Shown piece after piece: positions 9,511 through 18,433 of a DNA stretch of 33,159 bases. This DNA is from Anaerolineales bacterium UBA4823 (GTDB lineage Bacteria; Chloroflexota; Anaerolineae; Anaerolineales; UBA4823), in assembly GCA_002402275.1 (NCBI GenBank), contig DHFN01000184.1, forward strand, positions 2,274 to 35,432, given 5' to 3'. How positions within the stretch are numbered: position 1 is the first letter of the stretch; each line of letters begins with the position of its first letter. Position numbers and translations under genes: made by a program. The notes beneath the pieces were generated by a model that worked only from the letters and a program-made list of their open reading frames with translations, was not told where the DNA came from and searched no databases.

Positions 9511-10469
9511 TGGGGATATTGAATATTATGATCGCTGAATCCACCCCCAATCTCTTTGTTGACGATCTTGAAACTCCTCCACTCCCATTAACCACATTGG
9601 CTTGGAAGAGGTTCAAACGCCATAGGATGGCAATGCTCGGCGGCGTATTTCTAATTCTTTTAGTCCTGTATTCTTTTGGGGGAAGTTTATTTGTTGAGGA
9701 AAAATATGCGAATTTCACAAATCCCCCCATTCGCCTTAACACACCCTCCTGGCAGCATCCATTCGGTACTGATACTGTTGGAAGAGATGTACTGGCACGA
9801 ACCATTTATGGGGGGCAAATTTCCATGATCATAGGGATTCTGGCAGTTATCATTGAAACCTCCTTAGGGATTTTAATTGGTGCCTTAGCTGGTTATTATG
9901 GGGGAACAATTGACAGTCTGCTTATGCGGTTTACGGAAGCTATGCTGAATATCCCGGAGATCTTTTTATTGATTGTCATGGCAAAATTTTTCGGAAATAA
10001 AATCCCTAATCTAACTCTATTGGGAAGGACTTTTAGCGGCAGTGTTGTTGTAATTATTGTAATTATTGGTCTAACCAGTTGGATGTACTTAGCTCGAATT
10101 GTACGTGCGGAATTTTTATCCATTAAAGAGAACGACTTCATTCTTGCAGCCAAAGCTACTGGAACTTCGAACACCGAAATCATCATCCGTCATATACTGC
10201 CTAATAGCATTGCACCGATCATCGTCTCGGCAACACTGGGTATAGCCAATGCTATTTTATCCGAAGCGTATATAAGCTTCTTGGGTTTAGGGGTTCAACC
10301 GCCCACTGCGACTTGGGGAAACATGCTGGATGGTGCAAATAATTATATTGAATCTGCGCCATGGCTATGGTTCTTTCCTGGTTTATTGATATTGTTAACG
10401 GTCTTGAGTATCAACTTTTTAGGGGATGGATTAAGAGATGCGATAGATCCACACAGCCGAGCAATATGA
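9510..10469 (+). CDS. ABC transporter permease, DppC/OppC-like
   Basis: HPFGTDTVGRDVLARTIYG, FILAAKATG, HILPN, SFLGLGVQPP-TWG; TAATG overlap with the upstream stop (alternative ATG 9528). Confidence 0.93.
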   Translation: MGILNIMIAESTPNLFVDDLETPPLPLTTLAWKRFKRHRMAMLGGVFLILLVLYSFGGSLFVEEKYANFTNPPIRLNTPSWQHPFGTDTVGRDVLARTIYGGQISMIIGILAVIIETSLGILIGALAGYYGGTIDSLLMRFTEAMLNIPEIFLLIVMAKFFGNKIPNLTLLGRTFSGSVVVIIVIIGLTSWMYLARIVRAEFLSIKENDFILAAKATGTSNTEIIIRHILPNSIAPIIVSATLGIANAILSEAYISFLGLGVQPPTATWGNMLDGANNYIESAPWLWFFPGLLILLTVLSINFLGDGLRDAIDPHSRAI

Positions 10470-11467
10470 CCAAACAACCTTTACTCGATGTAAAAAATTT
10501 GGTAACCGAATTCATTATTCCAGAAGGGATCGTTTATGCTGTCAATGGAATATCCTTCAATGTTAATCCTGGGGAAACGCTGGCTGTGGTGGGTGAGAGT
10601 GGGTGTGGAAAATCAGTCTCGATGCTTTCAGTAATGGGACTAATTCCCACACCACCGGGAATAATTGTTGATGGGGAAGCGATTTATGGAAATAAAAATC
10701 TATTCAAGTTAGCCGAAGAAGAAATGGAACAAATCCGGGGAAAAGAGATCGCCATGGTCTTCCAAGATCCAATGACATCTCTCAACCCCGTCCTTACAAT
10801 CGGTAAACAAATAACCGAGGCGCTCATCTGTCACTTTGATATAACTAAAAATGATGCTAGGGATCGAGCAATTTCTTTGTTGGACATGGTTGGAATACCG
10901 GAAGCCCGCAACCGTCTAGATGATTATCCGCATCAATTTTCAGGTGGAATGAGACAACGAGTCATGATCGCAATGGCTCTGGCATGTGACCCTCATTTAT
11001 TGATCGCAGATGAACCAACCACCGCTTTGGATGTTACCATTCAAGCTCAAATTGTTGAATTGGTTCTTCAATTAAAACGTCAGAAGGATATGGCAGTAAT
11101 TTGGATTACTCATGATTTAGGTGTAGTAGCTGGTATTGCAGATAGAGTAAATGTCATGTATGCAGGTTATATTGTCGAAGAAGCCTTAGTTGATGATTTA
11201 TATGAAGATCCACGACATCCGTATACCTGTGGGCTGCTCGGTTCATTACCGAGAGTCGATCATCGGCGGGAACGAAAATTGTGTTCGATACCCGGTTCTC
11301 CGCCTAGTCTCTTAGTGAAACCGGTTGGATGCCCTTTCCGACCACGGTGTCAATATTCAAAAGAAATCTGCCAGTTTGAAACACCCAAGTTAAGAGAGAC
11401 TTCAAGAGGGCATCATGTAGCTTGCTGGATTGATATCCAAAGTGGAGAACAAATCAGTGGATCCTGA
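10466..11467 (+). CDS. ABC transporter ATP-binding protein, DppD/OppD-like
   Basis: [25 protein letters not shown]-terminal Cys cluster (GCPFRPRC); true start is the ATGA overlap at 10466, not 10361. Confidence 0.93.
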   Translation: MTKQPLLDVKNLVTEFIIPEGIVYAVNGISFNVNPGETLAVVGESGCGKSVSMLSVMGLIPTPPGIIVDGEAIYGNKNLFKLAEEEMEQIRGKEIAMVFQDPMTSLNPVLTIGKQITEALICHFDITKNDARDRAISLLDMVGIPEARNRLDDYPHQFSGGMRQRVMIAMALACDPHLLIADEPTTALDVTIQAQIVELVLQLKRQKDMAVIWITHDLGVVAGIADRVNVMYAGYIVEEALVDDLYEDPRHPYTCGLLGSLPRVDHRRERKLCSIPGSPPSLLVKPVGCPFRPRCQYSKEICQFETPKLRETSRGHHVACWIDIQSGEQISGS

Positions 11468-12440
11468 ACCCCTTGTCATCGTTGAAAAGTTAAAGAAATA
11501 TTTTCCAGTCAAAAAAGGTCTTGTTTTCCAAAAACAATCGGGCTTTGTAAAAGCAGTTGATGAGGTTTCTTTTGAAATCTGCCGCGGAGAAACCTTAGGA
11601 CTAGTCGGTGAAAGTGGCTGTGGAAAAACCACCGTTGGACGTACTATGCTGGGATTATATCCAATCACCGAAGGGAAAGTTGTCATTGAAAAATTAGATA
11701 TCGCAAAAGCAGATAGAAATAAACTCCACCGGTTACGGCAGAAAGCACAAATGATTTTTCAAGATCCTTATGCTTCCCTCAATCCCCGCTGGACAGTAAG
11801 TGCGATTATCAGTGAACCAATATGGGTTCACCATCTGGCACACTCGGAAAAAGAAAAAATCGAACGGGTTCAAGAACTTATGAAACTCGTCGGCTTAAGC
11901 CCCCGTTTGATCAATCGCTTTCCTCATGAATTCTCAGGAGGACAAAGGCAGCGAATTGGAATAGCTAGAGCTTTGGCATCCCAACCGGAATTTATCGTTT
12001 GCGATGAACCCATCTCTGCCTTGGATGTATCCATACAAGCTCAAGTTGTAAATTTATTAGAAGAATTGCAAGATCAATTTCAACTAACTTATTTATTCAT
12101 AGCTCATGATTTGAGCATGGTCCGCCATATTTGTGATCGAGTCGCAGTAATGTACCTGGGTACATTAGTTGAAAGTGCTGATCGTGATGAGTTATACGAA
12201 AATCCTCTTCATCCTTATACAAAAGCACTTCTTTCAGCGGTACCCATCCCTGATCCTAAGAAAGATCGTATGAGACACAGAATAATTTTGCAGGGGGATG
12301 TCCCTAGCCCGATTAGCCCTCCATCCGGTTGTCGCTTTCACACTCGCTGCCCAATGGAAAAACCGCACTGTGGGGAATTGGTTCCAGTTTTCAAAGAAGC
12401 AGCCCCTAGACATTGGGTTGCTTGCCATGAAATTACTTAA
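11457..12440 (+). CDS. ABC transporter ATP-binding protein, DppF/OppF-like
   Basis: [32 protein letters not shown]; GTG 11457 chosen for the GGAG 9 nt upstream. Confidence 0.92.
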   Translation: MDPEPLVIVEKLKKYFPVKKGLVFQKQSGFVKAVDEVSFEICRGETLGLVGESGCGKTTVGRTMLGLYPITEGKVVIEKLDIAKADRNKLHRLRQKAQMIFQDPYASLNPRWTVSAIISEPIWVHHLAHSEKEKIERVQELMKLVGLSPRLINRFPHEFSGGQRQRIGIARALASQPEFIVCDEPISALDVSIQAQVVNLLEELQDQFQLTYLFIAHDLSMVRHICDRVAVMYLGTLVESADRDELYENPLHPYTKALLSAVPIPDPKKDRMRHRIILQGDVPSPISPPSGCRFHTRCPMEKPHCGELVPVFKEAAPRHWVACHEIT

Positions 12441-12646
12441 TTCAAATTCCCGAGCTTTCTTATTTCGAATTGTTTTCCCGATCGAAAATACTGATAAAAT
12501 AAAAGCCATAAAAAAGGTTGGCTTCCTAAACTCCCAATTATAGGTAGCTAAATATATCATTCAGATTTTATTAATTAAGTCACCTGTGCAGATCGAGATC
12601 AAGATTATAAAATGATCAGTAGAAATTAATCCATAAGGAGTACCCA

Positions 12647-14125
12647 ATGTCGATTTTTACACCTGGGAGAAGGTGGCAGCCACCTTATTATCCCTTTAAA
12701 AAAGAAACCCTCGGGTTACAGTTTCTTGAAAGTGTTGAAAGAATCATCAAAGGACCATTATTTGGTTGCCGGATGTGTGGGAATTGTCTATTACAAGAAA
12801 CTGCTTTTATATGCTCAATGGAATGTCCCAAAGGTCTTCGAAATGGCCCCTGCGGTGGCTCAACCGAAGAACATTGTTATGTAGATGAAACCCGTCCATG
12901 TATTTGGTATAAAATATTTGAACGATCGTTTAATATGGGGAGGGAAGAAAAACTATTAGAGGTTCTCCCGCCACTAGACTGGAATAAAGTTGGGTCAGAA
13001 ACCTGGGCTGATGTGGTGATTCAAGTGAAAAAAGTTGGGACGGGCAAATTTTTCACCGGCCTAGTATCCCGTGATCCACACAAACGTGCCCAAGTTTGGG
13101 ATTCGGTTTTTCGCCCAGTACGACAACCAGATTGGTGGAATGGTGATTCGGAATATCATCCCCCAGCTTACACAGAACCAATCTCGGAGTTGGAAAGGCA
13201 TTTACGAGCTGGTGAGTTTGTAATTACTGCAGAAGTTGCACCTCCGCTGACTGTATCCACAAACAAATTAATCCAAAACATTAATTTGGTCAAACCCTAC
13301 GTAACCTCAATTAATTTCACTGATTCGCCATCAGCAACTGCCCGAATGTCAAGCTGGGCGTGCAGTTCAATAGCAGTCCAATCCGGTGCGGAACCAGTTA
13401 TGCAAATAGCTGCCCGCGATCGAACTCGGATCGGTTTGCAATCTGAAGTATTAGGCGCCAATGCTCTAGGGATTAAGAACATCCTTTGTCTTACCGGGGA
13501 CAGTATGGTTTTAGCCCCTGATCCACGCGGCCGAATGGATATTGTTGATCTCGATTCAGTTCAGATGATCTGGGTTTTACGAAAAATGCGGGACGAGGGA
13601 AAATATCTCGATGGAAGAAACATTAAATTTCCACCTAAAATCTTTATTGGTGCAGCTGCATCCCCATTTGCTTCCAAGCCCGAATTTCAAGCCATTCGTG
13701 AACAGAAGAAAGTCAATGCAGGTGCACAATTCTTCCAAACGAATTTGGTTTATGATCCTGAAGGTTTAGAAATTTGGTTAAATGCCATAGCCAAAAGGAA
13801 TTTATTAGGCTTGGTCTACATTCTTATAGGCATTACTCCTTTAAAGAGTTTGAAAGTTGCTCAATATATGAATGATGATGTACCCGGGGTAACCATTCCA
13901 GAAAAAATATTAAAGCGCTTGGAAAAAGCTGGGGATGGCGCTGCGGAAGAAGGAGTAAATATTTCACTGGAGATAATTGAAGCCGTAAGAAAACTACAAG
14001 GTATAAACGGAATCCATATCATGGCTGTGGGTTGGGAAGATATAGTTCCCCGCATTGTCACCGAAGCCGGGCTCTTACCTAAAGAATTTAATTTACCCCA
14101 AAAAGACGTTCTAAAACAGAATTAA
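12647..14125 (+). CDS. metF: Methylenetetrahydrofolate reductase with N-terminal MetV-like Cys-rich domain (fusion)
   Basis: N-terminal CRMCGNC...CSMECPKGLRNGPCGG...C...PC; C-terminal MetF barrel (TAEVAPP, FTDSP, ARDRT, CLTGD, KVNAGAQFFQTN); TAAGGAG RBS. Confidence 0.88.
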   Translation: MSIFTPGRRWQPPYYPFKKETLGLQFLESVERIIKGPLFGCRMCGNCLLQETAFICSMECPKGLRNGPCGGSTEEHCYVDETRPCIWYKIFERSFNMGREEKLLEVLPPLDWNKVGSETWADVVIQVKKVGTGKFFTGLVSRDPHKRAQVWDSVFRPVRQPDWWNGDSEYHPPAYTEPISELERHLRAGEFVITAEVAPPLTVSTNKLIQNINLVKPYVTSINFTDSPSATARMSSWACSSIAVQSGAEPVMQIAARDRTRIGLQSEVLGANALGIKNILCLTGDSMVLAPDPRGRMDIVDLDSVQMIWVLRKMRDEGKYLDGRNIKFPPKIFIGAAASPFASKPEFQAIREQKKVNAGAQFFQTNLVYDPEGLEIWLNAIAKRNLLGLVYILIGITPLKSLKVAQYMNDDVPGVTIPEKILKRLEKAGDGAAEEGVNISLEIIEAVRKLQGINGIHIMAVGWEDIVPRIVTEAGLLPKEFNLPQKDVLKQN

Positions 14126-14141
14126 CTTCAAACAGTTCTAC

Positions 14142-14181
14142 AAATTCACCGCCTGTGCAAAACTTGCCTGCGGTGAATTTA
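14142..14181 (+). terminator. Hairpin after metF, probable terminator
   Basis: Perfect 11-bp stem AAATTCACCGC/GCGGTGAATTT with inner GCAA/TTGC pairing; short T-tail. Confidence 0.55.
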
Positions 14182-14187
14182 TACCCC

Positions 14188-14231
14188 TTGTTGAAGGAAG
14201 TTTTGAAGGTTATACTAGATATTATTATAAA
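14188..14231 (+). promoter_or_regulatory. Candidate tandem promoters of rel
   Basis: TTGTTG-N17-TATACT (14188-14216) and TTGAAG-N17-TATAAA (14203-14231). Confidence 0.45.
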
Positions 14232-14272
14232 ATTCTCAACCATCTTCTATTCTATTTGGCTGAAAGTTAGCT

Positions 14273-16516
14273 GTGAATATTAATTCACTTATTTCTTTAC
14301 TTCCAGAATATTATTCGCCGCTTGATAAAGAACTAATCCTAAAAGCTTATCATTTGGCGGAAGAAGCACATCACAACCAAACCAGAGCTTCTGGTGAGCC
14401 TTATATTAACCATTGCGTTGCGGTGGCAGCCATCTTATCGGAGATGAGAGTCCCACCTCAAGTTCTTGCTGCAGCATTACTACATGACACCGTCGAGGAT
14501 ACCCCGGTTACCCTCGATCAAATTCGCGAGCAATTCGGTCCACAAGTAGCATTGCTAGTAGATGGCGTTACAAAATTAACCAACCTTCCCCGAGTATCTC
14601 GGGCAGATCAGCAATCTGCAAAAATTGAAGAAGAAAAAGCGGTACGCGAAGAAGCAGAAAGACGAGGATTACCTGACCCCGAAAGCGTTTCTGACCAAAT
14701 CGTCCGTAGCCGAAAATATGATCTCGTTTCAGAAACATTACGAAAAACCTTTCTCGCCATGGGAGAGGATGTCAATGTCGTTTTAATCAAGCTAGCGGAT
14801 CGTTTACATAATATGCGGACATTAAGTTACATGCCCGAGCAAAAGCAGCGAAGGATCGCTCAAGAGACTTTGGATATCTTTGCTCCTTTAGCCAACCGTC
14901 TAGGTATATGGAATATTAAGTGGGAATTAGAGGACCTGAGCTTTCGTTATGTAAATCCCAAAAAATATAAGGAGATTGCAGATCTGCTTGCTGATCGTCG
15001 TCCTCAACGCGAAGCAGAAATGGAAGCGATCAAACTGAAGCTTTTGAATTACCTTAATGCAGTCGGGATAAATGCAGAGATCAGCGCGAGGCCTAAACAT
15101 ATTTACTCCATTTACACCAAAATGGTGCGGAAAGAAATACCCTTCGATTTAGTTTATGATGTACGTGGGGTTCGAATGATTGTAGAAGATATTCCTACTT
15201 GTTACGCAGCTTTAGGGGTAATTCATACCCATTGGCGTCCCATTCCAGGGGCATTCGATGATTATATTGCTTCTCCTAAAGATAATTTCTATCAATCACT
15301 TCATACCGCAGTGATTTTCGATGATGGGAAAACCTTGGAATTTCAAATTCGCACACCGGAAATGCATCACAACGCTGAGTATGGTATTGCTGCTCATTGG
15401 CGATACAAAGAAGGGGCCAATTACGATGAAGATTATGAACGCCGCATTCTTTGGCTTAGAACCCTCATGGATTGGCGGCAGGATGTAGCAGACGCAGGTG
15501 AGTTTGTAGACAGTATGAAAACAGATGTCTTCCAGGACCGTGTATTTGTATTCACCCCCAAGGGAGATATCATAGACTTACCCGCAGGATCAACGCCAAT
15601 CGATTTTGCCTACCAGGTTCATACTGATATTGGACATCGTTGCCGTGGAGCTAAGATCAACGGCAAATTGGTTACCCTGGATTATGAATTAAAAACCGGC
15701 GATCAAGTTGAAATTTTAACTGCAAAACGAGGTGGTCCAAGCCGGGATTGGTTGAATCCAAATTTAGGGCTAGTAAAAACCCAGAGAGCTCGTTCAAAAA
15801 TTCGTCAATGGTTCAAGAAGCAAGCTCGTGACCAAAATATTAGTCTAGGTAAAACAATTTTAGAAAAAGAACTGAATCGTTTAGGGCTTCTGGAGATTAA
15901 TTTAGAGCGTTTAGCGCATGAGTTCGATTTAAAGACCACAGATGACTTTTATGAAGCAATTGGGTGTGGTGATCTGGCATTAGGGAGAATCATCAATCAC
16001 CTCACATTAGGGGAAAAAGGAGCCACCACTGAGGGTTTACCAGTTTTTAAACAAAATGTTGAGAGTAGCCGTAGTGAAGAAAATGTAAGTGTCCTCGGTT
16101 TGAAGGGGCTGTTGACCAATATCGCTCGCTGCTGTAATCCTGCTCCTGGGGATGAAATCATCGGCTATATCACGAGGGGGCGCGGAGCAACCATTCATCG
16201 CCAAGATTGTCCCAACGTTTTGCGCATTCATGATCGGGAACGCCTAGTAAAGGTATCCTGGGGAGAACCGAAAAATACCTATCCAGTCCCAGTAAAAATT
16301 AAAGCTTACGATCGGAATGGACTCATGCGTGATATTTCTACGCTGATTGCTGACGAAGGAATTAATATGGCTTCAGTCTCCGTAGAAACTTCTCGAAACC
16401 TAGCAGTTTTCCACTTGACATTAGAAGTTCATGATATTACAGAATTAAGTCGTATTCTTGATCGCCTGGAAAATCTACCCAATGTGACCGAAGCGCTACG
16501 CGTTCGGCCTGGTTAA
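14273..16516 (+). CDS. rel: Long RSH bifunctional (p)ppGpp synthetase/hydrolase
   Basis: RASGEPYINH, LLHDTVED, KLADRLHNMRT, YQSLHT, AEYGIAAHWRYK, TGS (FTPKG...DFAY), CC zinc finger (ARCCNP...HRQDC), ACT domain; GTG start. Confidence 0.96.
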   Translation: MNINSLISLLPEYYSPLDKELILKAYHLAEEAHHNQTRASGEPYINHCVAVAAILSEMRVPPQVLAAALLHDTVEDTPVTLDQIREQFGPQVALLVDGVTKLTNLPRVSRADQQSAKIEEEKAVREEAERRGLPDPESVSDQIVRSRKYDLVSETLRKTFLAMGEDVNVVLIKLADRLHNMRTLSYMPEQKQRRIAQETLDIFAPLANRLGIWNIKWELEDLSFRYVNPKKYKEIADLLADRRPQREAEMEAIKLKLLNYLNAVGINAEISARPKHIYSIYTKMVRKEIPFDLVYDVRGVRMIVEDIPTCYAALGVIHTHWRPIPGAFDDYIASPKDNFYQSLHTAVIFDDGKTLEFQIRTPEMHHNAEYGIAAHWRYKEGANYDEDYERRILWLRTLMDWRQDVADAGEFVDSMKTDVFQDRVFVFTPKGDIIDLPAGSTPIDFAYQVHTDIGHRCRGAKINGKLVTLDYELKTGDQVEILTAKRGGPSRDWLNPNLGLVKTQRARSKIRQWFKKQARDQNISLGKTILEKELNRLGLLEINLERLAHEFDLKTTDDFYEAIGCGDLALGRIINHLTLGEKGATTEGLPVFKQNVESSRSEENVSVLGLKGLLTNIARCCNPAPGDEIIGYITRGRGATIHRQDCPNVLRIHDRERLVKVSWGEPKNTYPVPVKIKAYDRNGLMRDISTLIADEGINMASVSVETSRNLAVFHLTLEVHDITELSRILDRLENLPNVTEALRVRPG

Positions 16517-16540
16517 AAAATAATTCCTCGGATTATCTGC

Positions 16541-16568
16541 TTGCATTGACAAATAAGTCTGGTATAAT
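16541..16568 (+). promoter_or_regulatory. Promoter of the small acidic protein-pfkB unit
   Basis: TTGCAT-N16-TATAAT with an extended -10 (TGG-TATAAT at 16560-16568). Confidence 0.6.
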
Positions 16569-16630
16569 TTCGCACCGCCAATCATGAGTAAATTGGTTTT
16601 GTTTAAATTTTAATCATATGGAGGAATTTT

Positions 16631-16864
16631 ATGCCGCGAATTCGTTGTCATTACATTGATTGTGTTTTATTAGATGATGGATATTGCGGTGCTGCAGCCA
16701 TTGAACTCGACCCAGACATGGGTTGTATGACCTATAAGCGGCCTGACGATTTAGATGTCGAAGAAGAATGGGAGGACGACGAAGAAGACATCGCTGACGA
16801 AGACGAATGGGATGAATTGGAGGACGAGGACGAGGACCTTTGGGTTAACGATGATGAATTTTAA
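16631..16864 (+). CDS. Small Cys4 (DUF1540-like) protein with very acidic C-terminal tail
   Basis: GGAGG RBS; C-x4-C-x7-C-x12-C; 27 of the last 39 residues are D/E. Confidence 0.8.
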   Translation: MPRIRCHYIDCVLLDDGYCGAAAIELDPDMGCMTYKRPDDLDVEEEWEDDEEDIADEDEWDELEDEDEDLWVNDDEF

Positions 16865-16866
16865 TC

Positions 16867-17781
16867 ATGAATAAGGTGCTTGTCTTCGGGAATGTCACTT
16901 TAGATGTAATCTGTCAAACCATAGATGAAGTTCCACGTTACGAATCGATCTCATTTGATCAAGTTGCATTATCACCGGGTGGTTGCGCAAGCAATGTTGC
17001 AATTGGTTTGGGTGCATTAGGCATCCCAACTTTACTGGTCTGTAAAACCGGGGATGACCCCGCAGCAGATATCCTATTTAGTAAATGGCGAAAATTTCAC
17101 CTAGATGTAACCCAGGTCAAAAAAGAAACAGAACATCACACAGCAGTGAGTATTGGATTGGTGGATCATAATGCTCAACCGCGTTTTATTCATACTCCTG
17201 GTGCCAATGCAGCTTTGTCTTTTTCCGACTTAGATTTTAATATTTTTCGTCAGCATGATATTGGATTTTTTCATATCGGGGGTTTCTTTGTGCTGCCAGG
17301 ATTACTGGATGAGAAACTTCCTAACGCACTTTCCCAAATCCGTCAATTTGGTGTGGCGATTTCATTAGACGTGGTTAATACTCAGCGTTACTGGAAACCA
17401 GAGTTTTTATTTGCCAGCTTACCTCAAATTGATTATTTCCTGTGTAATCAAACAGAAGCTCAAAAATTAACTCATGAAGAAGATGTAAAAACAAGTGCTC
17501 AAATTTTCCGTAAAGCCGGTGCCTTAAATATTATTATCAAACTTGGTGGAAATGGATGTTATTTGGATAGCCCGGAGTTTAAAGGGATCATCCCCGCCTT
17601 AAAAGTCCCTGTAGTTGATACTACCGGAGCAGGAGATGCCTTTGCTGCTGGTTTATTAGCCAGTTTAGCTCAAGGAGAATCCCTTTATGAAGCATGTAAC
17701 CAAGCCAATCAAACTGGCGCGAGTATTGTCCAGCACCTCGGAGCCATAACTTATTGGGAAAATCAGGCAAGTAAAAAATGA
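16867..17781 (+). CDS. PfkB/ribokinase family carbohydrate kinase
   Basis: PGGCASNVA, NQTEA, KLGGNG, VVDTTGAGDAFAAG. Confidence 0.93.
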   Translation: MNKVLVFGNVTLDVICQTIDEVPRYESISFDQVALSPGGCASNVAIGLGALGIPTLLVCKTGDDPAADILFSKWRKFHLDVTQVKKETEHHTAVSIGLVDHNAQPRFIHTPGANAALSFSDLDFNIFRQHDIGFFHIGGFFVLPGLLDEKLPNALSQIRQFGVAISLDVVNTQRYWKPEFLFASLPQIDYFLCNQTEAQKLTHEEDVKTSAQIFRKAGALNIIIKLGGNGCYLDSPEFKGIIPALKVPVVDTTGAGDAFAAGLLASLAQGESLYEACNQANQTGASIVQHLGAITYWENQASKK

Positions 17782-17859
17782 AATGTAAAAATATAAATCG
17801 GGAATCATTCCTGCAATCCTTCAACAAGCATTCACTTTTACCACAGGTCGATAAATAAT

Positions 17860-18426
17860 TTGAAATATCTCAATCATTTTGATCTCATCGCACCTTATTA
17901 TGAGAAGATTATCCCATCAGCTAATATTGAAGAACTTATTCAAATCGGGAATTTTCCTATCGAGGGATTTGTATTGGACATCGGTGGAGGAACAGGTCGG
18001 ATAGCGAAGAAATTAACCAATGTTCAAAGTAATATCGTACTTCTTGATTCTAGTCACTCTATGTTGCAAGTGGCGAGAGTTGCAACAAGTATTTACCCCC
18101 TTTGTGGAACTGCGGAGCAACTTCCATTCCGGGAAAATTTTTTTGAACGGGTACTTATGATTGACTCAATCCATCATTTTACCAATCATAGGGTGGCAAT
18201 AAATGAATCTTGGCGAGTATTAAAACCAAATGGGTTATTGATTATTCAAGAACCAGATATTGAACAATGGGGAGGAAAAGCAATTGCTATTTTTGAGAAG
18301 GTGCTTCTCATGCGTAGCCATCTTATTTCTGCCGGCAAAATTGAAGAGCTGTTGAAGGATAAACGCCACACATCATCAGTGCATAAAAACCAACAGTCCT
18401 ATTGGATAGTAACTCAAAAGTTATAA
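17860..18426 (+). CDS. Class I SAM-dependent methyltransferase (UbiE/Methyltransf_11-like)
   Basis: HFDLIAPYYE, VLDIGGGTG, AEQLPF, WRVLKPNG; TTG start uncertain. Confidence 0.85.
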   Translation: MKYLNHFDLIAPYYEKIIPSANIEELIQIGNFPIEGFVLDIGGGTGRIAKKLTNVQSNIVLLDSSHSMLQVARVATSIYPLCGTAEQLPFRENFFERVLMIDSIHHFTNHRVAINESWRVLKPNGLLIIQEPDIEQWGGKAIAIFEKVLLMRSHLISAGKIEELLKDKRHTSSVHKNQQSYWIVTQKL

Positions 18427-18433
18427 AGTTGAA

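Noticed and set aside
10361-10465. N-terminal extension of the DppD-like ATPase given in the ORF track
   Set aside because: Overlaps the permease; the ATGA coupling at 10466 gives a typical start.
12441-12646. SAM, THF or cobalamin riboswitch upstream of metF
   Set aside because: AT-rich with no recognisable conserved cores by eye; a cmscan would be needed to exclude it fully.
2369-14125. Methyltransferase locus as an island inserted at tRNA-Asp
   Set aside because: The locus is on the tRNA 5' side; no tRNA 3' duplication, mobility gene or obvious compositional shift was seen.
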